Source: a virus
Lineage: Duplodnaviria > Caudoviricetes
DNA: 64,000 bases
Strand: one strand, 5' to 3'
Virus record (IMG/VR): IMGVR_UViG_3300043468_001158
The notes beneath the pieces were generated by a model, which was not told the origin of the DNA, did no database searches, and saw nothing but the letters and a program-made list of their open reading frames with translations. Both the position numbers and the translations under genes were made by a program. Positions 17,612 to 23,771 of the stretch are shown one piece after another (position 1 is the first letter of the stretch; each line of letters begins with the position of its first letter).

Positions 17612-18580
17612 ATGCTTGAACAGTCATTTTGGGATTTTGATGCAGCACGCAAAGGTTATGGCGATTGGAAGAATCGTCCTCAATCAGAACGAGATGCATT
17701 CAAACAAATTGTTCGACAATTTGTCAAATTGGAATCACAATTTTCAGAAGTTGTTCTTGCTCCACCAGAACCACCACCTTGTCGTATCTTACGAGAAGGG
17801 TGTATTGATACTTGCCAAATATGTGGAAGTTCTATCAAGCATAATTGGTATGGGAAGAAGTTAGGTTGTATTCAACCTCAATGCAGTAATTTTATAAACA
17901 TAAGGTATAAACATATGGCTATTGATATAAACAAACGTGTTGCATCTGTCGGCATTGTTCTTGAAAAACGCAAGATGAACAACATTCCGTGTCAAGTCAA
18001 ACTTTGCATTGACAAATCTGGTTCAATGCAAAACTTGTATAACGATGGCACGGTACAAGATGTGGTTGAACGAGTTCTTGCGATTTCACTCAAAGTTGAC
18101 CAAGACGGAACTGTTGATGTATTTGCATTCCACAACAAAACTCAAGCTGTCAAAGCGGTGACACTTCCTTTGATGGAAAACTATGTCAAAAAAGAAATCG
18201 AAGACAAGATGGGTTGGGGTGGTACTTCTTATGCACCGGCCTTTGAAGCAATCGTCAATTCTTCTAAAGGTAAGAAAGGTTTGTTCGGCTTTGGTGCTAA
18301 ACCTGCTGATCCTACTCTGGCTATCTTCATTACTGATGGCGAAAATGATGATGCTCGTGAAGCTGAAAAAGTCATCAAAGATTCACAATCTGAAAACATC
18401 TATTGGTTGTTGATGGGTATTGGTAGTGCAAACTTTAGGTTCATCGAACAACTCGGCGACAAATATCCCAATGCTGGTTTTGTTCCAGTCAATGACATCA
18501 GTGCTATTGATGATGACGATTTATTTGAAGCGATGTTGAATGAAGAACTTGCAACATGGTTTCAAAAATTCAAAAAATAA
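17612..18580 (+). CDS. vWA-domain protein (TerF-associated vWA type) with an in-frame Cys-rich N-terminal extension; likely internal start at 17915
   Basis: MIDAS DKSGSM, GGTSYAP, FITDGE. RBS AAGGT before ATG 17915. Confidence 0.8.
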   Translation: MLEQSFWDFDAARKGYGDWKNRPQSERDAFKQIVRQFVKLESQFSEVVLAPPEPPPCRILREGCIDTCQICGSSIKHNWYGKKLGCIQPQCSNFINIRYKHMAIDINKRVASVGIVLEKRKMNNIPCQVKLCIDKSGSMQNLYNDGTVQDVVERVLAISLKVDQDGTVDVFAFHNKTQAVKAVTLPLMENYVKKEIEDKMGWGGTSYAPAFEAIVNSSKGKKGLFGFGAKPADPTLAIFITDGENDDAREAEKVIKDSQSENIYWLLMGIGSANFRFIEQLGDKYPNAGFVPVNDISAIDDDDLFEAMLNEELATWFQKFKK

Positions 18581-18583
18581 TTT

Positions 18584-18850
18584 ATGACTAATTCAGATAG
18601 ACGTTTTGAACTAGGTCTATCTTCGCTATCAGCTTTTATTCTGGCATTTTCACTCGACCCGCTTATCGGTAGTTTGTTGAGTATTATTGTTGGAATAACA
18701 GCTGGAGTTTTGATGAAGGCGAAGTTTGCTTTCATTCTTGCTATTTCAGTATTAGCGTGGATGGTGTTGATAACTACTTTTGGTTTGATGGTGACAGTTA
18801 TTTCGATGATTGTTATTTTAGCTTTACTTTATACGCTATTACCAATTTAA
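18584..18850 (+). CDS. Small multi-pass membrane protein
   Basis: Almost entirely hydrophobic, 88 aa. Confidence 0.65.
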   Translation: MTNSDRRFELGLSSLSAFILAFSLDPLIGSLLSIIVGITAGVLMKAKFAFILAISVLAWMVLITTFGLMVTVISMIVILALLYTLLPI

Positions 18851-18877
18851 TTTTTACAAATAAAAGAGGAAAATCTG

Positions 18878-19912
18878 ATGTTGAAATATTTTACGAGTTC
18901 GTTTTGGGTTGCTGGAATCGGTTTAGGTCTGGCTTTTTGGATTGGTGGCGTTCAAGCTCTTTGGATTGCTACAGTTCTATCAGTTCTTGAAGTAAGTTTG
19001 AGTTTTGATAACGCGGTTGTCAATGCTCAGGTGCTTAAGGATATGGATGCAGTATGGCGACATCGCTTCATTACGTGGGGTATGGCTATTGCAGTATTTG
19101 GTATGCGAATGCTCTTCCCACTTATCATTGTATCGATTGCATTAGGTATCAATCCAATAGCATCTTTCTTGTTAGCAGTAGCTGAACCTGAACAATATGC
19201 TCATGCTCTCGAATCAGTGCATACATCGGTCATGGGTTTTGGTGGAACATTCCTCATGATGGTCGCCTTCAAGTTCTTTATTGACGATGAAAAAGAAGTT
19301 CATTGGTTACGTCAAGTAGAATCAAAGCTGACTTTTCTTGGAAAGATTGAAGCTGTACAAGCTGCAATGACATTAGTCTTAGTATTCTTTACTTCTAAAA
19401 TCATTGGGTACTTACACGGTTCTGAAGATGAATTGTCATTCTTAATAGCAAGTATTTGGGGCTTAGTGACTTACATTTTGGTTGATGGTATTGAAGCATT
19501 CATTGGCGTTGAAGAAGGTGATGCAACTATGGCAGTTGCAAAATCTGGGTTAGCAAGCTTCTTATATCTTGAAGTGTTAGATGCTAGCTTCTCATTTGAT
19601 GGTGTTCTTGGTGCTCTTGCTTTATCTAACAACATCTTTATCATTATGATTGGTTTAGGTATTGGTGCTATGTTTGTCCGAAGCTTGACATTGCTAATGG
19701 TTGATAAAGGTACAGTTGATCAGTATCGTTATTTGGAACACGGTGCCTTCTGGGCAATCTTAGGATTGGCGGTCATTATGTTCATCAATACTGTATTCGA
19801 AATCCCTGAAACAATCACTGGTTTGATAGGTGCTGCGTTTATTGGTGCTTCAATTCTATCTTCAGTCAAACACAACAAATCTGCAATTGGCGGAATAGTT
19901 ACTAATGGTTAA
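18878..19912 (+). CDS. DUF475 / TerC-like integral membrane protein
   Basis: LEVSLSFDNAVVNA, YLEVLDASFSFDGV.GA.A, LEHGAFWAI motifs and multiple TM helices. Confidence 0.85.
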   Translation: MLKYFTSSFWVAGIGLGLAFWIGGVQALWIATVLSVLEVSLSFDNAVVNAQVLKDMDAVWRHRFITWGMAIAVFGMRMLFPLIIVSIALGINPIASFLLAVAEPEQYAHALESVHTSVMGFGGTFLMMVAFKFFIDDEKEVHWLRQVESKLTFLGKIEAVQAAMTLVLVFFTSKIIGYLHGSEDELSFLIASIWGLVTYILVDGIEAFIGVEEGDATMAVAKSGLASFLYLEVLDASFSFDGVLGALALSNNIFIIMIGLGIGAMFVRSLTLLMVDKGTVDQYRYLEHGAFWAILGLAVIMFINTVFEIPETITGLIGAAFIGASILSSVKHNKSAIGGIVTNG

Positions 19913-20327
19913 ACTAACAGGAAGAATCTTAATCGCTGATGAAGTCAATAGTAATCAGCGAATTTATCCAAAATCAGTTCTTGAAAAGATAGTTGAAGAG
20001 TGTAAAGATAAACCAATGCTTGGCCAGCTTGGAATGCCATATTGGCCAAAGACTTCAGTTGATTTAGATAGAGCAGCATTCAAATGTGAAAACTTTAGAA
20101 TGGACGGAAATGAATTGAAATGCGATATTGAATCACTTGATACTTTTCATGGTAAATTGTTTGAAGATATGGCTCAAAAAATACCGTTAGCATATTCAAG
20201 TATTGGTGTTGCAACAACTTCAACTGATGGTATTGTTGGTGATGATTTTCGTCTAACGGGAATAGCTGCAATTTCAGAACCTGATTGGTCTTTTTCAAAA
20301 ATAGGTAAAAACAATGACAACAAGTAA
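19905..20327 (+). CDS. T4 gp21-like prohead-protease-fold protein, catalytic His apparently lost
   Basis: ADEVNSNQRIYPKSVLEK, LGQLGMP (cf. LGELNHP), SSIG (cf. SSRG), DFRL.GIAAISEP. Confidence 0.65.
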   Translation: MVKLTGRILIADEVNSNQRIYPKSVLEKIVEECKDKPMLGQLGMPYWPKTSVDLDRAAFKCENFRMDGNELKCDIESLDTFHGKLFEDMAQKIPLAYSSIGVATTSTDGIVGDDFRLTGIAAISEPDWSFSKIGKNNDNK

Positions 20328-20880
20328 AAATGTAATTTCGCTCGAAAAGAAACAAACAGTCAATCTAACTAAAGCATCTGACTATCTTTCAAAAGTAAAG
20401 GTTAGGATGTCATGGGTCACCCCTACTAATGTCTTCCCTAAGTATGACTTAGATATCTCAGCCTTTCTATTGGGTGCTGATGGTAAGCTTTTATCTGAAG
20501 AAGGTTTCGTCTTCTTCAATCAAGAAGCTACACCAGACCGTTCAGTGTGGAAAACTGAAGATGAACTGTCAGGCGGTTTCGAAGAGCTTTATATCGACAT
20601 CAAAAAGCTTTCTGAAGCGGTCAAAGAAATTAGCTTGGTATCAACCATTCATAAAGCTGAACCCCGCAAGCAATCATTTGATCAGGTCAAAGATGCAAAG
20701 TTGGAAATCTTTGACCAAAATGATCAACCAATTGCGTTGTTCAACCTTGACACCTTAGCTCCTGGTTCTTGGGCAATTCAAGTCGGTTCTTTCTATCAAA
20801 CTGATGAAGGCTTTACTTTCCAAGGTATAGGTCAAGGTTTTCAGCTGGAACTTGTAGCATTTTTTGAAGGCTACAAGTAA
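20314..20880 (+). CDS. terD: TerD-family protein
   Basis: KQTVNLTK, YDLDISAFLL, FVFFNQ, EISLVSTIH, QSFDQV..A...I. Confidence 0.85.
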   Translation: MTTSKNVISLEKKQTVNLTKASDYLSKVKVRMSWVTPTNVFPKYDLDISAFLLGADGKLLSEEGFVFFNQEATPDRSVWKTEDELSGGFEELYIDIKKLSEAVKEISLVSTIHKAEPRKQSFDQVKDAKLEIFDQNDQPIALFNLDTLAPGSWAIQVGSFYQTDEGFTFQGIGQGFQLELVAFFEGYK

Positions 20881-21047
20881 GTCTAACTTGGCACAATGAC
20901 AAAAGTTTAGAGTATAATATAACTTCAATGAAACATTGTTCTAACTATACTGAATAATAAACACGGTGACCGTTATGTAATACTCTAATTGATTTTTCGT
21001 ACAAAACATAAAATTTTGATAAAACATAAAAACGAGGAAATACTCAT

Positions 21048-21614
21048 ATGGCTATAAATCTGAACAAATCTGAAGGCAGTTCAATCAATTTGACCAAATC
21101 TGCTCCAGCTCTAAAAAACATTACGGTTCATTTGTGGTGGAATGGCAACGTCAATCCAATTGACCTGGATGTATCTGCTTTCATTTTGACCAATACTCCA
21201 AATGGCCCTAAGCTGATTGGCGATGAATACTTGGTCTTCTTCAACAATGAAACACCGGCTCATGGCATTGCATGGAAAACCAAAGACGAACGTGGTAGTG
21301 GTGTTGAAGAACTCTACATCAATATCGATAAGTTGGCTGCTCAAGCCAATGCTGATGAAGTGTCGATTGTCGTAACAATCGACAAAGCTAAAGAACGTGG
21401 CCATACTTTTGGTCAAATTACTGAAGCTGGTATTAAAATCCTGAATGCTGATACAGGTGAAGAAATTGCATTCTATGACCTTGACGAACAAGGTGCTGGT
21501 GCTACTGCTTGCCAAGTCGGTTCATTCTTCAAACAAAATGGTGAATTTACTTTCGCTGGTGTTGGTGCTATGTTTGACATCGGTTTGGGTGAATTTGTCG
21601 GTGGCTATAGCTAA
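21048..21614 (+). CDS. terD: TerD-family protein
   Basis: MAINLNK..SINLTK, IDLDVSAF, LVFFNN, VVTI....TFGQI.EA.IKI.NADTGEEIA.YDL. Confidence 0.85.
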   Translation: MAINLNKSEGSSINLTKSAPALKNITVHLWWNGNVNPIDLDVSAFILTNTPNGPKLIGDEYLVFFNNETPAHGIAWKTKDERGSGVEELYINIDKLAAQANADEVSIVVTIDKAKERGHTFGQITEAGIKILNADTGEEIAFYDLDEQGAGATACQVGSFFKQNGEFTFAGVGAMFDIGLGEFVGGYS

Positions 21615-21660
21615 TAAGAATGATCATTCAGTTTCCAAAATCAAAACTGAATAGAAACGT

Positions 21661-21692
21661 AAGGATGGATGAAAGTCCATCCTTTGTTCTTT
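21661..21692 (+). terminator. Rho-independent terminator after terD
   Basis: AAGGATGGA-TGAAAG-TCCATCCTT followed by TGTTCTTT. Confidence 0.75.
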
Positions 21693-21739
21693 CGAATAAT
21701 GTCATTTGTTGGTTTTCCTATAAACGTAAAAAATTGTTT

Positions 21740-21747
21740 GATAAATA
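21740..21747 (+). promoter_or_regulatory. T4-type late promoter motif (GATAAATA)
   Basis: 36 bp upstream of ATG 21783. Confidence 0.5.
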
Positions 21748-21782
21748 CAGATTGAATCAAACACAATTATAGGAGAACTACA

Positions 21783-22076
21783 ATGTTCAAAACTGCAATA
21801 CTAAAACTACTTGGCGAACTTGGCGACTTTTTAGCCGTTCTTTTCAAATCTGGTATTCAAAAAGAACTCAAGATTCTTTTACCAATTGCTCTAAAAGCTG
21901 TAAAAGAAGTAGCATCTGATATCACATTAGTGACCGGCGATGCTAAGTTCAATGCCGCTTTTGATATCATTGGAAAAGAACTTGGAAGCCAACAATCAGC
22001 AATTGGCCGTTCGCTTGTTAATCTTGCAATCGAGTTAGCATACCAAAAATTCTTGGATGCAGCTCCTACCAAATAA
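21783..22076 (+). CDS. Amphipathic small protein, possibly LL-H-holin-like
   Basis: G.AKF.AA...I...L......VNLAIELAYQKF resembles the LL-H holin C-terminal pattern. Strong RBS and late motif. No clear long TM helix. Confidence 0.4.
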   Translation: MFKTAILKLLGELGDFLAVLFKSGIQKELKILLPIALKAVKEVASDITLVTGDAKFNAAFDIIGKELGSQQSAIGRSLVNLAIELAYQKFLDAAPTK

Positions 22077-22097
22077 CCATATTCTCTACAAAGTATT

Positions 22098-22280
22098 ATG
22101 AACAAAAAAGAATCAGACCGTCTAAAGGCAGCAGCCAGAAAAGTATCAAAGATTGATACCGCAACCAATGTAAACCAACCTGCAATGCCTTCTAATGATG
22201 GAAGTCTTTGTTGTGGAGCAATACATCCATGGATTGTTTGGGGAACAGCTTTAGTAATAATGTTATTCATTATCATCTAA
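22098..22280 (+). CDS. Small protein with a C-terminal TM helix
   Basis: WIVWGTALVIMLFIII. Confidence 0.5.
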   Translation: MNKKESDRLKAAARKVSKIDTATNVNQPAMPSNDGSLCCGAIHPWIVWGTALVIMLFIII

Positions 22281-22420
22281 GTAAAGACTAAAGGTTATAC
22301 AGGGCTGCCGGGTTTCATCCTTAAAACGTCACGGCAGCACAACTCTTTTCTATTGGCTCAAATAAATTTCTAAGACGTTAGCCAGTCGTCTTGTCAAAAT
22401 CGACAAAGGAGTATCATCTC

Positions 22421-23200
22421 ATGGTCTATAAAAAGAACTTCGCTCTTGCGATAAAAGCACACGGCAAAATCCTACGTGAAAGTGGAGAACAAGTCTTCCT
22501 ACCTTATGGTTGCGAATACTCTATCGTTCTCAAAAATCTACATTCCAAAAAAGCTTCTGTCAAGGTTTGGATTGATGGACAGTTAGTCACTGAAGGCTGT
22601 TCGCTAATCATCAAACCAAATGAATCTATTGACTTAGAACGATTCATTAGAAATGGTAATCTTACTTCAGTTGGCAATCGATTCAAGTTCATTGAAAGAA
22701 CTGAATCAATTGAAAATCATCGCGGCATTAAGATTGATGATGGTCTTGTTCGAATTGAATACCAGTTCGAAAGACAAGTGCAGCCAATTCCGACACCAAT
22801 GATGCAACCAACTTATCGTCATTATCCACCTGTTTGGACATCAACTGTTCGTGGAATGGTACCAGGTCAATCAATTGGTGATGAAGGATTTTTTGGTGGC
22901 CAAGTATCAGAAATTTTAGCTTGTAACGCTCACTCGTCAGTAGCATCGGTATCAAATGTCGGTATCACTGTTGAAGGTAGTATCTCTGACCAAGCATTTG
23001 AAACCTGTCTGCCACTTTGGTTAGAAGATGAAGTTCATGCAATGACACTTCAGCTAGTTGGAGAAGTAGCACAAAGTGGGGTAAGAGTTGAAAAGCCTAT
23101 CACCGTAAAAGCTAAACCGACTTGCAAGACTTGTGGAAAGTTGAATAAAGCTACATCAAAGTTTTGTAGTAATTGTGGAACTTCTCTTCAAATTGTATAA
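22421..23200 (+). CDS. Hypothetical protein with a C-terminal double zinc ribbon
   Basis: RBS AAGGAG before ATG 22421. C-terminus CKTCG..N...SKFCSNCG. Confidence 0.7.
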   Translation: MVYKKNFALAIKAHGKILRESGEQVFLPYGCEYSIVLKNLHSKKASVKVWIDGQLVTEGCSLIIKPNESIDLERFIRNGNLTSVGNRFKFIERTESIENHRGIKIDDGLVRIEYQFERQVQPIPTPMMQPTYRHYPPVWTSTVRGMVPGQSIGDEGFFGGQVSEILACNAHSSVASVSNVGITVEGSISDQAFETCLPLWLEDEVHAMTLQLVGEVAQSGVRVEKPITVKAKPTCKTCGKLNKATSKFCSNCGTSLQIV

Positions 23201-23203
23201 ATA
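23196..23203 (+). promoter_or_regulatory. T4-type late promoter motif (TATAAATA)
   Basis: 31 bp upstream of ATG 23234. Confidence 0.6.
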
Positions 23204-23233
23204 CAATACACTTTTATGTAAGGAGAATAACCA

Positions 23234-23431
23234 ATGCAAGACGATTTATCAATTTTTCTAAATGCTGCTTCTAAAAAAGACTATCGTATAGATTTCAAAC
23301 TTTCTTCAGAAGAAGCCCCAGTACCTGCTCCTGTTGTAGTTCCTGAACCAGTTGTAGTTCCTGAACCAGTTGTAGTTCCAGCTCCAGTTGTAGTTCCTGA
23401 ACCTGAAGTAATTATTCCGGAAGCAGTATAA
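23234..23431 (+). CDS. Small Pro/Val-rich repeat protein
   Basis: AAGGAG RBS and a (P[EA]PVVV)n tail. Confidence 0.7.
   Translation: MQDDLSIFLNAASKKDYRIDFKLSSEEAPVPAPVVVPEPVVVPEPVVVPAPVVVPEPEVIIPEAV
23324..23413 (+). repeat. 18-bp coding tandem repeat x5
   Basis: Unit CCTGAACCAGTTGTAGTT and variants. Confidence 0.9.
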
Positions 23432-23442
23432 TATTATAAAGC

Positions 23443-23473
23443 AATATGAGAGTTATAACCTAACTCTCATATT
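23443..23473. terminator. Perfect 13-bp hairpin (probable terminator)
   Basis: AATATGAGAGTTA-TAACC-TAACTCTCATATT. Confidence 0.65.
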
Positions 23474-23482
23474 CTATTACTC

Positions 23483-23490
23483 AATAAATA
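23483..23490 (+). promoter_or_regulatory. T4-type late promoter motif (AATAAATA)
   Basis: 46 bp upstream of ATG 23536. Confidence 0.45.
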
Positions 23491-23535
23491 GTTTATCTTT
23501 ATCATAAACTAAAATACAAGCAAGAGAGTAATAGT

Positions 23536-23751
23536 ATGAGACTAAATCAATTATCGTCTGACAATATTGAACTACCAACTGAAAATATTTTATTTGAGCG
23601 TAATCCTCTAAATATCCCAGTTGAAGACATTGACATTAGAAAACCTTTAGGTATATCTGATGAAAGATGGACTGAAGAATTTATAGAAGATCTTAAAGAA
23701 ATGAAAATATCTCGTCCAGATTTGTTTAGAAAAATAATGCTAGGACTTTAA
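23536..23751 (+). CDS. Hypothetical protein
   Basis: 71-aa ORF preceding the AAA gene. Confidence 0.55.
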   Translation: MRLNQLSSDNIELPTENILFERNPLNIPVEDIDIRKPLGISDERWTEEFIEDLKEMKISRPDLFRKIMLGL

Positions 23752-23771
23752 CTACAGGGAGTTAAACCAAA

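Noticed and set aside
20888-20918. Full early promoter before the second terD
   Set aside because: AGAGTATAAT is a good -10, but there is no TTTACA at 16-17 bp (TTGGCA is 19 bp away). The same holds for GGTATAAT at 27401-27408. Not listed as confident promoters.
23324-23413. CRISPR-like array
   Set aside because: The 18-bp units are contiguous with no unique spacers and encode PEPVVV in frame.
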